This document shows positions 1-12,709 of a stretch of DNA of 64,000 bases, in pieces (the stretch's first letter is position 1; every line of letters starts with the position of its first letter). This stretch comes from Octopus vulgaris (Eukaryota): positions 23,064,001-23,128,000 of the forward strand of contig OX597837.1 in assembly GCA_951406725.2 (NCBI GenBank), written 5' to 3'. The notes beneath the pieces were generated by a model. The model did not search any database. It had not been told where the DNA came from and saw nothing but the letters and a program-made list of their open reading frames with translations. The translations under genes were made by a program, and so were the position numbers.

Positions 1-793
1 CACTAAGCATTTTGTTTGGTGTGCTAACAATTCAGCCAGCTCACAGCCTTATAGGGAGCTGAGTGTGTGGATGGCTTAGTGAACAGATAAACCAATTAGG
101 TGGTTGGAAGTTCATATCCTGCCACAGTGAGTTGCTATCCATGGACAGTCCAGAACTCTTAACAAGGTAGGAACAACTTGTTGCTTCTAACAATAGGGAC
201 AAAACTAAAACCACACCAATCTCTTATGTAGTCTCATATCTTCAGTACAGCAGAGTAATTTCCCTGAAATATCACCCTGCAGTCTCCAGAACTCTAACTA
301 CAAACAACAAGACCTAAAAACCATCAAGATTACAATACTGTATTGGCTGCCAAGAAACAAAATGAATTAAATAAATGAATGAAAAAAACAAAACAAAGAC
401 AAACCATAATCATAATTAACAGTAAAGGATTAATTAAGATAAGTAAAGATTTAAATAATATAACGGATAAGTTGGAGATTAGTAAAATTGATTGGTTTGA
501 TGTAACAGATACTAGATGTATAATAAAAATCAAGTATTGCACTAGAAACAGCTTTGTAATATAAACACTTCAAATATCTCATACTTAACATGTGTATGTT
601 GTTTAAAAGCCAGAAGATGTGGCTTTTTTGTTCAGGAAAAATTCCTTTAAAGACACACAGTAATAAGAAGCACAGTATAACTCAAGGTTGGGTGAAATGA
701 AATTGTTCCGAAAGTGAAAGCGAGAGTGGCAGATACAGTATTTTGTTGTAATTGCGGCTTATCAATGCTGTGTACTTTTTCTTTTCTTTTTTT

Positions 794-1188
794 TTTACTT
801 GTTTCAGTCATTTGACTGCGGCCATGCTGGAGCACCACCTTTAATCAAGCAACTCAACCCCGGGACTTATTCTTTGTAAGCCCAGTACTTATTCTATTGG
901 TCCCTTTTACCGAACCGCTAAGTGACGGGGATGTAAACACACCAGCATCAGTTGTCAAAGCAATGCTAGGGGGACAAACACAGACACACAAACATACACG
1001 CACATACATATATATACATATATACGACGGGCTTCTTTCAGTTTCCGTCTACTAAATCCACTCACAAGGCTTTGGTCGACCCGAGGCTATAGTAGAAGAC
1101 ACTTGCCCAAGGTGCCATGCAGTGGGACTGAACCCGGAACCATGTGGTTGGTAAGCAAGCTACTTACCACACAGCCACTCCTGCGCCT
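794..1188 (-). mobile_element. tRNA-derived SINE, family A (full length)
   Basis: Minus strand starts AGGCGCAGGAGTGGCTGTGTGG (A-box-like) and GGTTCAGTCC (B-box-like). It continues with a CORE-like CACCTTGGGCAAGTGTCTT, an internal (TA/TG)n spacer and a 3' end ...GACTGAAACAAGTAAAA. More than 20 copies or fragments occur in the window. Confidence 0.9.
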
Positions 1189-1725
1189 CAGTTCAGAAAC
1201 AAAATTAGATTTGCTAATATGGAGTATATACACATAATATATAAACTATTTGCTGATTTGCAATAGTGTTGCATAAGTAGAATAAATTCAAATTATGCAA
1301 TGGAAGCAGCTCTCTAATGCAAATATTATCAATATCACATACTTAATGCACATGTGTTGTTTAAATGCCAGAAACAGCAATTTTTTTTTTGTCTTAGAAA
1401 GAAATCCCTTTAAAGATGCATAGTGTTAATAACAATATACTTCACAGTTAGGCAAAATAAAACCACTCTAGAAGTGATCATGAGGGTAGCAGATATCGTA
1501 TTTCACTGCATTTGGGCCTTGTCAATGCCACATACTTGTCTCACTTCAGAAAGGAAATCAGAATTGCTAGTCTGAGTGAGACCAGTCAGCTCTGAGTAAC
1601 AGAGGCCATTATAGTGATGGTAGAAAATGGAAAGAGAAGAGGCAGTACACCTAGGGAAACAGAGGCTGGAATGTGTCTATGAATGGTTTTTGCTTCAAAT
1701 TAAGTGGCTTTTCTTTAGATGCCGT

Positions 1726-1728
<3 letters not shown>

Positions 1729-1777
<49 letters not shown>
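1729..1777. repeat. (GA)n microsatellite
   Basis: Pure GA run, which explains the ERERER ORF. Confidence 0.95.
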
Positions 1778-1781
<4 letters not shown>

Positions 1782-3302
1782 GGGAAGCAGGCTTGTTCTT
1801 GACATAAAAACATTACTTCTTTGTGGCATTTATTTGAACTTTGTAGAGTAACCAGCACTTTTTGTGGCTGATATTAAACACCCACATGACAGAGAATAAT
1901 GTACCAAGGTGTCGTCTATGTGATGTAGGTTTGCATTCAATTGAGTCTGACTTTATGATTTCATCATATGGGTGGTTTGAACCAGCATTCTCTTCATATA
2001 TCTAGCCAACTAAAAAGTGAGAAAAAGAAAAAGCGAGAAAGAGAGAGATAGAAATAGAGAAAGAAGGTGTGGGATGACATCAGCAGCTGGGTGAGCTGAC
2101 CGGAAGGGGGCAACCGGGACACGAGCGCAGCGAGCAGGGATTTCTGCCTTTTCGAAACAGGGTCGTCGAGGTGTTAAGACGGGTGAAGATGTTGCTAAGG
2201 TTGGGTGAAGCAGCTGCTATCTCTAGCGTTCAGGTCGGGCTGTGTCGAAGGGTCCGTTACCACTGAAGGGTCTCCATCAGAGAGAAGAGAAGGTAGGTGC
2301 TTTTATATTCAAATCTCTCACACACACCACAGAAGGAAAGAAGTAGAGAGAGAGAAAAAGAAAGATTGAGACAGAGAAAGGAAAATTGAGAAAGAGAGAA
2401 AAGTTGAAATAGATAGAGGAAGACAGAAAAATTGAAACAGATAAATAAAGAAAAGACAGACAGACATAAACAGATAGATAGGTGGACAGATAGGTATTCT
2501 AAGCTCAGCTCAGGATTAGTGTTTAACAAATAAAAAAATACAAATTAAAGAAAAGGAACATCCACAAAGCATACTAAAATATTGATTGACCTTAAAGTAT
2601 ACACAATCATTCCTTGATTCCAAACTTACATTCAATCAGTTCATTAACGTTCAATAAAATAAGGAAACAAGGTTTGATTCCTAGTTAAAGACAGGAGAAG
2701 AAAAAAGAAAGAAAAAGGAAAGAAAAACAAATCTACTGTTTTAGGCAAATCTCAAGAGTTGCCGAAGTTCTGAGATTATTGGCAATTAAGAAATGTAGGT
2801 TATTAGCATCAAGTTTAAAATGAAATAAAATAACAAACAACAAAATTTAGAACCAGTAGAAACTAGTGATGGCTTACATGAGCAGAAAATGAGTTAGGAT
2901 TAACTAATTATAGAAATAATTAGCCAAAAGGTGGAAGTCTTTTAAGTTGCCATTCAGCTATAATTATGATCATAGAAAAATAAGTTTCTGGTGATTTATG
3001 TTTTAATTGCAATCAAAATGAAATGTAGAGATAGAAACTGTATTGCTATTACTCAACAGTCTTCCATGTCAGAAACGAAACCATCTACACAGTAATTTCA
3101 GTAAATAATCCTCCTCTTCTTCCTCCTCATCCTCATAATTATTATTCAATGTCTATGTTCCATACTGGCATGAGTTGGGTGGTTTGACAGGATCTGATGG
3201 GTCCAAAGGACTGCAACATGCTCCAATGTCTGCTTTGGCATGGTTCCTATGGCTGGACACCCGTTAAAACGCCAACTACTTTACAGTGTGTGCTTTTCTA
3301 GT

Positions 3303-3530
3303 ACCTATTTCTTTACTACCCACAAGGGGCTACACACAGAGGGGACAAACAAGGACAGACAAACGGATTAAGTTGATTATATCGACCCCAGTGCGTAACT
3401 GGTACTTAATTTATCGACCCCGAAAGGATGAAAGGCAAAGTCGACCTCAGCAGAATTTGAACTCAGAACGAAACGGCAGACGAAATATGGCTACGCATTT
3501 CGCCCGGCGTGCTAATGTTTCTGCCAGCTC
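3303..3530 (-). mobile_element. SINE family B (full length)
   Basis: GAGCTGGCAGAA head, GAGTTCAAATT B-box, central GAGGTCGACTTTGCCTTTCATCCTTTCGGGGTCGATAAATTAAGTACCAG domain and a tail ...AGCCCCTTGTGGGTAGTAAAGAAAT. Near-identical copies lie at 19743, 28269, 43187, 46253 and 52705. Confidence 0.9.
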
Positions 3531-4980
3531 AGTACCATTGACACTACTGAGGTTGTCCTGTGCAGGGCCCATGAACCCCAGGGGAGTCGGAGGTCAATAA
3601 AGACACACACAAAAATAGACACGCAATACAAAATGAAAGGTGACAAACCTCTAAAAAAAGTATAGCAAGACATCAGGGTAACACTGTTAAGTGGGAAAGG
3701 TTATGAAAGTGGAGGAGGAGGAGGAGGAAAACTGTAACTGAATACAATTAAGAGAAATTAAAACCAAGGTGCCAAGCAGTGGGACTGAACCTAGAACCAT
3801 GTGGCTGGGAAGCAAGCTTCTTACCACACAGCTATGATTGATTGATTGATTCTAGTTTCAGCTTATGAGCTATGTCTAGTAAAAAAAAAAAAAAGATAAA
3901 CAAAATAAAAGACACTTGCTAAAAGTGCCACACAGATGGACTGAACCAGTGACGTGGTTGGGGAGCAAACTTCCAACTACAGAACCAAAAAAATAAGAAG
4001 AGATGGTCATGTTGGGAATGCTATGATCATAGGTCTGCTCAATCCAGACTGATCTGTAGCTAAACAACCAGAAGCCATTAACAGCATGCTGTCAAATGCT
4101 TCCGATCATATTTTTATGCATGGAACTATTAAGAAGAAAACACTGGCAAAAGTCTTTGACTGGCAATGGAACCAGTCCTATAATATTAACACTAAATCTT
4201 CCACAATTACATGAAATGCCATACATACAGCAAGACACTTCTGGAATCGTATATTGATGTTCACTTAGCAACTAAGTAGTTTCAGTCATCCATAAAAGAC
4301 ACCAGAATATGAATTATTATTTTAAAGTGTTTTTTCCATTACCAAAGACTGGATCTTTGGACTTTCATGATGTCTAACATTCTATGTAAATATATTCGTT
4401 ACTACATTATTACATCTCTTCTGGTCATTGGTTAGCTGTAGTTAAATTGAGTCTGGTTGCATAAGAACAAGATTTTATTTTCCTGACTAAACACGTAGAA
4501 GACGTTTTAAGAGAAAAGTGTCAACCAGATGAATCAGTTGCAATATATAACCATACATGCATGCGTACATACACAAAAGGAAATATTTTTTAACCAGTAT
4601 GATAGATTCCATTCCCTGTAATTTTACCATTCCAACCAAACTTGTCAAGTAACTGGTTGTTTTCTAAATATTTACAAAGAAAGAAAAAGAGAGAAAAAGA
4701 AGCTTGTTTATTAAAGAGCAAAGCAATTTTGAAGTGGAAAGATCAAAATTGTGTTTATCACACTGCGTTCTCCCAGAGATGCCATAACTGTTCTATATAT
4801 AATAAACAGAAATATCAATGTTGGTCATTTACAGAAGCTGAAATTATTGAGAATATATCAAGTGAACTTATGAAATAAACCAGGAACCAAACTAATCTAT
4901 AGAAACAAATTTATTTGATCAACTTTGTGAAGAAGAAAAGAAAACAAATAATAACAATAATAATAATAATAATAATAATA

Positions 4981-6060
4981 AGGAATATCTAAGTGAATTC
5001 TGAATGCAACAAATTTCGGAATTAGACATACAAGAAACAAGCACAGAAAAAGCTAAGTGCATGAAAACCCGTGCTAAAACTGCTGCCTTAGATATTCTGA
5101 TTGATAAATGGCAAGAAAAACCTCTCAATGGCAAATACCCAAAGAGAGCGAAAAATGCCGATGTTGACAAAGCCCTGACTCATCAATGGCTAATGGCCTC
5201 TGGCTTAAAATCTGAAACAGAAGGGTTTATCATGGCAGCTCAAGATCGATGCCTACCTACAAGGAACTACCAGGCCAACATATTAAAGAACGGCAGTAGC
5301 CCAACATGTCGTGTATGTCAACAACAAAATGAAACCATTGATCATGTTGTCTCCAAGTGCAGTATTCTTGTGCCTACAGAGTATCTCAACCGGCATGATA
5401 GAGCTGCACAATATATTCACTGGGTAATTTGCAAAAGCCTGGACTTGCCCCATGATAAAAACTGGTAGGAACACAAACCACCCCCAGTGCTTGAAAATGA
5501 TCACATCTCACTCCTCTGGAACTTCACCATTCAAACTTACAGAAAGATAGATGCAAATAGGCCAGACATAATGAAAGACTTCAGACAAAGAACATGCCTC
5601 TTCATTGATATGACTGTCCCAATTGATATAAACGTATCTGTCAAGACCTACCAAAAACTGAGCAAATACAAACATCTTGAAATAGAAATCAGCAAAATGT
5701 GGAACCTGAAGACTAAAACAATACCTATTGTCATAGGTGCCCTGGGAATGATAGCAAAAGGGGATGATTGCTACCTAACTCAGACACCAGGAAACCCCAA
5801 AATGGCAGAAATTCAAAAGATAGTGCTCATGGGAACTGCTCATATCTTACACAAAATACTTTCTATGTGATCTCAAGTTTTAAAACAAACACAATTTTTG
5901 CATGGTTTCTTAGACATTCACTAGTACAACAATAAGTGCAAAACCAAATATATGGCACCCTAGGCATAATACCAGCATGAACTTCCAACTTGTCTCTTGA
6001 GGTCTCTGGGTGAGACTTGGAGCCAACTTGTACAAATGTAAAGCAAAAGTCAAATATAGA
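4981..6060 (+). mobile_element. 5'-truncated R4/Dong-type non-LTR retrotransposon (RLE clade), 3' end
   Basis: Decayed ORF followed by an ~190 bp 3' UTR. It is flanked on both sides by (AAT)n, the known target of Dong elements. Confidence 0.9.
5004..5870 (+). pseudogene. C-terminal part of retrotransposon ORF: CCHC zinc knuckle plus restriction-like endonuclease
   Basis: ORFs 5004-5468 and 5487-5870 are in one frame, split by a TAG. Motifs: AAQD, CRVC...ETIDH...C, RHD, NRPDI...IDMTVP, K..KY, GALG, GTAHIL. Confidence 0.9.
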
Positions 6061-6091
6061 ATAATAATAATAATAATAATAAAAATAACAA

Positions 6092-6165
6092 TAATCCTTT
6101 CTGCTAAAGGCACAAGGCCTGAAATTTGGGGAGAGGGGATAAGTCGATTATATTGACCTCAATAT
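6092..6165 (-). mobile_element. SINE family B2 3' fragment
   Basis: AATCCTTTCTGCTAAAGGCACAAGGCCTGAAATTTGGGG is the reverse complement of the B2 tail seen in many copies. Confidence 0.75.
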
Positions 6166-7202
6166 TGAGGCAGAATATTTTTCACGTCCAGATGTCGTTT
6201 CTGGTGTCAACTCTCAGCTGTTTTCAAGCAAGGTGATAATCCCCCCATTACTGAACATGTTTTCATAGAATACTGGAAATGAACAACACTGCTAGTGTCA
6301 TGGTGACACCTTTTTACAACTATCACATGACATCAAGGCAGACACATACTCACACACAATAAGCACACATGATGAGCTTCTTTCATATCTGTGGTCTGAG
6401 TCATATTTCACCAAGGTTGACTTTGCCGTTCATCCTTTTAGGATCAATAAGACAGGTACCAGTTAAACATTGGGGCTGATGTAATCAACTTACTCCCTCT
6501 GTCAAAATTCCTGGTCTTCTGCCAAAATGTGGAACCATTATTTCAATCCTTATTACATATTTTGTTATATTCTACATCAAGATATTCAAGCATATCTACC
6601 AAATTAAATTAAGGTACCATGCAGTAGGACTGAACATGAAACTTTGTGGTTAGAAAGTAAACTTCTTAACCACACAGCCATACCTGTGCCTACACACACA
6701 CACACAAACACAGGTACATTTCACTACTGTATAAGAGCATGGCCATCAAAAAAGCCTGTGCAATGTTTGTTCTGTTCAAGTTGCACAAATAATTCCTTAT
6801 CACTGATGTTGATATAAACACAATTAATCAGTGCATATGTCGTTAGAAATCAGTAACAACCAACACTATTATATGCAAATAGATAAATAATATAGAGGAA
6901 GAGGAGAAATTTCTAAAGCATCTGCAGGGTATCTGAGACAGGTGAGACTGTTGTAGGTCAGTATGAGCAAGGGAAGAATTCCAGGTGGTTGCAGTTCTGG
7001 AGAGTAAGGATTTTGTGAAGTGTTTAAAGGATGATGGACTGATGAAATAGAGGCTAATTAGTTAAAAATTCTAATGATTTTGTAGTAATAAAAGAGGAAG
7101 AAATAAGGGCACATCTGAGGAAGTTGATTCAACCATAACAGTCACAGATATACTTGAATATCTTAATGCAGAATATAAGAAAGTTATGTAATAAGGATTG
7201 AA

Positions 7203-7640
7203 ATAATGGTTTCACATTTTGGCAGAAGACCAGGAATTTTGGTGGAGAGGGCAAGTTGATTACATCAACCCAGTGTTCAACAGGTACCCATCTTATCAAC
7301 CCTGAAAGGATGAAAGGCAAAGTCAACCTTGGTGGAATATGAACTCAGAACGTAGAGACAGATAAAATACTGTTAAGCATTTTGCCCAGTGTGCTAATGA
7401 TTCTGCCAGGTTACCTGAAATAGTAGTTTCAAATTTTGGCATGAAACTAGCAATTTCAGGGGTGGGTCAAGTTGATTACATTGATCCCAGTGCTCAATTG
7501 GTACTTATTTTATTGACCCAAAAAGGATGAAAGGCAAAGTTGGCCTCAGTGGGATTCAAAGTTAGGATGTTAGAGACAAATAAAATGCCACTGAACCATT
7601 GAGCATTTTGCCCAGCATGTTAACAATATTGCCAGCTTGC
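7203..7640 (-). mobile_element. Two head-to-tail SINE B2 copies
   Basis: Family B head and central domain with the alternative tail ...GCCAAAATTTGAAACCATT, present twice. Confidence 0.85.
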
Positions 7641-7744
7641 CTGCTGTATTAGCACTTTCTACTCAATAAAGCCATCATCACTGATGTTTTCTTTGTATAA
7701 GAAAGTCCCAAACAAGATAAAGGACTACGAAGAAGGAGAAATTA

Positions 7745-7850
7745 AGACAAAAGGAATGAATTTACTTTAGACTGGAAAGAGTTCAGGTCATATGAAGGAG
7801 GAAAACATCGAAGTGGAAGAGAGTTCCAAAGTCTGGCAGTTCAAAGAAAA
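7745..7850 (-). mobile_element. CR1-group LINE 3' ORF fragment
   Basis: Minus strand translates TARLWNSLPLRCFPPSYDLNSFQSKV, a typical C-terminal WNxLP...F motif. Confidence 0.65.
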
Positions 7851-8544
7851 AAAAGCTACAACCATACAACACTTCCTTATTCATGTATATGTATTTGTGT
7901 ATACTGCTGAATCTCTCCTAAATTGAGAGAACCACGATTTGTTGTTAAATTAAAATCAAATGACAACGACAAACAATTTCTGAATTGCAAACTGTTAAAA
8001 ACACAAATGAAATCAACACTGCAATGTAACCATACCCTCGTACATAACAACGCCATATGACATAAAGAAAGGGGAAAAAAAAAGAATGTTTCTAGAACAT
8101 TTAAAATGTCTGTGGAAAATTATTTTCTAAAATGATTAAAGAGTTTATATATCCACAAAAAAAAAAGAAAAGAAAAGATAAATGAATAAATAAATGATGG
8201 CAAAGTCTAAATCATAAAAGTGTTTGATTACGGCATCTGTTAGACAGCAACTCATCATTTATTATAAATTATCTTGAGAAGCATTAACTCAAACATATTC
8301 TTCAATTTAATCAGCAGTGTATTGATTTTGAACAGATTTCCTTTCTAGAAGATTGCCAATAAATTCGAACATGATATCTACAGCAATAACAATAACAACA
8401 AAACCTCACACTAGTCATTTTTTTTTTTTAACCAATGATAATCTTTTTTTTAATGCTTTTAGAATTTTTTTTTTTTAAATTTAAATTTACTTAACCAGAT
8501 ATTGACAAAATCTTTATTTTAAAAAGAACATGGAAAAAATATAA

Positions 8545-9352
8545 TAATGGTTTTAAATTTTGGCACAAAGCCAGTGATTTCGGGGGGAAGAGGGGTAAGT
8601 CAATTACATCGACCACAGTGCTTAATTGGTACTTATTTTATTGACCCAGAGAGGACGAAAGGCAAAGTTGACCTTGATAGAATTTGAACTCAGACTGTAA
8701 AGATGAATGAAATGCTGGTAAGCATTTAGCCTGGTGTGTTAATGATTCTGCCAGCTCACCAATAATATAATAACAATGGTTTCAGACTTTAGCAACAGGC
8801 CTGGCAATTTTAGGAGTGAGGGCAAGTCAATTACATCAACTAATACTTATTTTACTGATTCCTAAAAGATGAAAGACAAAGTCAACCTCGATAGAATTTG
8901 AACTCAGAATGAAAAGAGCTAGAAGAAATGTTGCTTAGCAATTTTATCCCGCATGCTAATGATTCTGCCAGCTTGCCACCTTAATCATAATAATAATCCT
9001 TTCTACTATAGGCACAAGACCTGAAATTTTGAGAGAAGGGCTGTAATTGATTACATCAGCTCCAGTACATGACTACTACTTATGTATTGGATATGAAAGA
9101 ATGAAAGGCAATGTTGACTTTGGTGGGACAGTAATGATTCTGCAGGTTCACCATCTTAATGATAATATTAATCCTTTCTGTTAAAGACACAAGGCCTATA
9201 ATTTGGGGGGTGGTTACTAGTCGATTACATCGACCCCAGTGGTTCACTGATACTTAATTTATTGACTCCAAAAGGATGAAAGACAAGTCAACCTCAGTGG
9301 AATTTGAACTCAGAATGTAGCAACAGGTGAAATGCTGCTAAGCATTTTGTCC
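8545..9352 (-). mobile_element. Array of four head-to-tail SINE B2 copies
   Basis: Four repeats of the tail/central/head unit joined by short (AAT)n linkers. Confidence 0.85.
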
Positions 9353-10656
9353 TGCGATAAAATTATCATTCTCTAATTTATAGGCTTAGAGCGGCCCCGT
9401 CTGCTCTTGCTATTTCTACCACTTATGCCCACCTTTAATAAGTTCACTCAAGGACAGCACCTCCCTCTCCCCATCCTCACCTTTCTTTTCAAGAGAAAAT
9501 TGAAAAGGCTGATAAGGACAGCAGTAAGTGGAAAGTCTCTACCCTCATACCTCTCAACTTAGTCAATCACAGAACCTTCTTTTCCCTATAGACATCAGAC
9601 AGAAGAAAAGGAAGGAAGCAGGGAAATTATTGCAATGGACCCAGTTGTGACAGTAGTTGTTTGACATAAATCCACAAGTCAGCAATGCCCAGATACTGAA
9701 TAAGAGAGTAGAAAATCGGTTTTATTGCTCTGCGTATGTATTTTCAGACAGATCATGTCAGACGACACTTCCACGTCTATAGATTTTACCTCAAATAAGT
9801 GGCCCTTGGTAACACTGTCAGGCCAAAGCCATCTCAAAATTATCTGTAATAGTCCCTGATCTGAAAGTCCTCCAGAACAGACTAACCAGTTTGTTTTTGC
9901 TGACAGAGCTTCCTTGAGGACATTAACACTCTTCTCTGACACTAATCCTCTATAAATTGATGTAGTGGAATATACGCCAATCCTGTTGATTGACTGGTAG
10001 TGGGTAGTGAGTACCTCACAACATTCTAGATGCTGTGCATCGTATTTTGATCTTTGCATCGCCCAGGACTGCAGATATCAAAAGATATGTCTCATGAATG
10101 CTGCCCACATCCTTTCACCATCTAGGAATCTCTGCAAGTGACACAGCCTCAGCACATCTGTGTATCAGCAGTCAATGCATGCCCAACCTGCCTTGTAGAA
10201 GGTGTTGGTAGCAGATGGACCACCTAACTAGTAGAACACATTCCTTCCACAAGAAACTGAGTTTCTTGGAAACATTTACTGGGATATATATAATCATAGG
10301 TATGTCAGACACTTTCAGCCTGTGTTTTGGCTGAATTTTTCAGTTTTAAAATTATAGCAGATAATGCTATAGTTTTTTGTCATTTTCCAATTTAGATAAT
10401 TTCTCCCAATATATCCTAGAGGGCTTGTTGTACCACATGACATGAGAAATTTCATTAGCAGAGACATAAAATTTTGCTTGTCACCATCTTCTGGATTATC
10501 TCTTGTTACAAAGAAATGTTGTTCAGTTATACAAAATTCTCCCATTTTTAGTAATAGTGATAGAGCCAACATTACAGTTTGTCCATTTAGCATTCAGGGA
10601 AGATTTGTCTTTCACACAGCTTCAGAATAAAGAAACCACAATACTTGGTATAGTGT

Positions 10657-11490
10657 AAGAATCCAGGCTACAGAGATGAAATATTTCAGGAGACTTTTGA
10701 GAATATCATACAGAGATTGTGTCACAAATTAACAAATGATGAAGTGAAAAGAAAAATAAGGCAGCCCCTATGAGAAACTTCTTACACAGTAAAGAAATGC
10801 AAGCTCAGGTGGTTTGAGCATGTCACTCGCTCAATAGCGATGGCCAAAACAATCCTTCAGGGAACAATCAAAGGTGGTAGACACAGAGGCAGACAGAGAA
10901 AGAGGTAGGAAAACAACATAATAATCATTTCTGCTAAAGGCACAATGCCTGAAATTTGAGGGGAGGGGGCTAGTCAATTACATTGACCCCAGTACTCAAC
11001 TGGTACTTATTTTATTGACCCAGCTTGCCACCTTCTTAATAATAGTAATAACAATCTTTTCTACTCTAGGCACAAGGCCCAAAATTTTGGTGGGAGGGGG
11101 CCAGTCAATTAGATTGACCCCAGTACGTAACTGGTACTTAATTTGTCAACCCCAAAAAGATGGAAGGCGAAGTCAACCTCGGAGGAATTTGCACTTAGAA
11201 TGTAAAGACAGACAAAATACTGCTAGGCATTTCGCAAGCTCAGGTGGTTTAAGCATGTCGCCTGCTCAATAGGGATGGCCAAAACAATCCTTCAGGGAAC
11301 AATCAAAGGTGGTAGACACAGAGGCAGACAGAGAAATAGGTGGGAAAACAACATCTGTGAGTGCACAGGCTTAAAGATGAGAGACACAATGTGAGATGTA
11401 GAAGACCGAGACGGGTGAAGGGATCTGTTTGCAAAGACATCAGTGCTGTCCCAATGGTCAGCCAGACTACATGGTATGTAATGTAATGTA
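10657..11490 (+). mobile_element. RTE-clade LINE 3' end interrupted by SINE B2 sequence
   Basis: Translates RIQATEMKYFRRLLRISYRD...KLRWF.HV...KTILQGTIKGGRHRGRQR.RWENNI and ends in (TAATG)n. B2 sequence occupies 10920-11233. Confidence 0.85.
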
Positions 11491-11897
11491 AGAGTTACTA
11501 CTATTGTTGTTCCTACTGTTATCTTCCAGAGTAATTATTTGAATATTTGGGACATTTTCTTCACAATTTACTATGTTCATTTTCTTTTACCTCTCATCCA
11601 TTTAGTCATGTGTTTTAATTCCGTGCTGCTTTTAGCCATTGTCGTGTTTAGTCATGAGATATAATTATGGGTGGTAGCCATTTTTAGATGTGAAAATATA
11701 ATGTGTGCAAACAAAATTTGAAAAGTTTGAGAAACAAATGTTTTTTCCTGTTGTCTGCCCTCAGGTATTAAAAACAGTCCTTCCTAAGGCAATTATAGTT
11801 CTTTTTACAACAACTACAAAGAAAATTTCCCATGGCAGTGTTTGAATAAATGTAGTTACAAAGGGAGAAGCAAAAACAATGTTTCCATACTACAAAA

Positions 11898-11925
<28 letters not shown>

Positions 11926-11929
<4 letters not shown>

Positions 11930-12137
11930 CCTTTCTACTAAAGGTACAAGGCCTGAAATTTTTGTGGGGAGGGGACAAATCGATTACATTAACCCCAGCA
12001 TGTCATTGGTATTTATTTTATTGACCCAGAAAGGATGAAAGACAAAATTGACCTCAGTGGAGTTTGAACTCAGAACATAAAGACACAAAATGCTGTTAAA
12101 CATTTTGCCAGGTGTGCTAACAATTCTGCCAGCTTGT
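11926..12137 (-). mobile_element. SINE B2 with (AAT)n tail
   Basis: Full B2 unit, preceded on the + strand by (AAT)n at 11899-11929. Confidence 0.85.
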
Positions 12138-12229
12138 TGAATAATAACAGTGCTGTCATGATAAAGTCTGTTTGTACTGTCATTAGCTTTTATGTTGTAA
12201 ATACCAATATGAAGAAAGAAAGAATTGGT

Positions 12230-12706
12230 ATGAGCATATGTCTAGCAAAAGTGATGCCAGAGGATGAGAAAGTAACAATATTCTGAGACTATGATTTTCT
12301 GAGAGAGTAATTGCGCATGACTGACTGCTTGTGGACAGACTAAACAAGACAAATATGGTCAGGTCATTGACATAACCATACCAAATTACTTGAATATTTT
12401 GAGTAAAGAGGTTGACAGAATTACCATGTACTCCAAACTGGGAGTGGAGATGGCAAAACTGCTTAGAATGTGAAAAGGCACTGTAAAAGTGATACCAGTT
12501 GCAATCAGGGCATTAGGATCAACCCCATTAAAACTTCAAGGCTTCTTAAAGTGGTTGGGAATATCATGCAAGATTGAGTCATAAAAAAAAACATCAACCT
12601 TACTAGGAACTGTGCACATTAAAAAAAAAATCTGTCTGAAGCCCTTATTGTGACTTGATAGATGATTAAAAACGCCAGTGCATTTTCCATCTAGACTGTG
12701 TGACAA
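12230..12706 (+). mobile_element. Old decayed R4/Dong-type RLE 3' fragment
   Basis: Residual translation EDEKVTIF*DYDF...VKVIPVAIRALGSTP...LLGTVHI parallels the end of the 5004-5870 ORF. Confidence 0.65.
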
Positions 12707-12709
12707 AGT

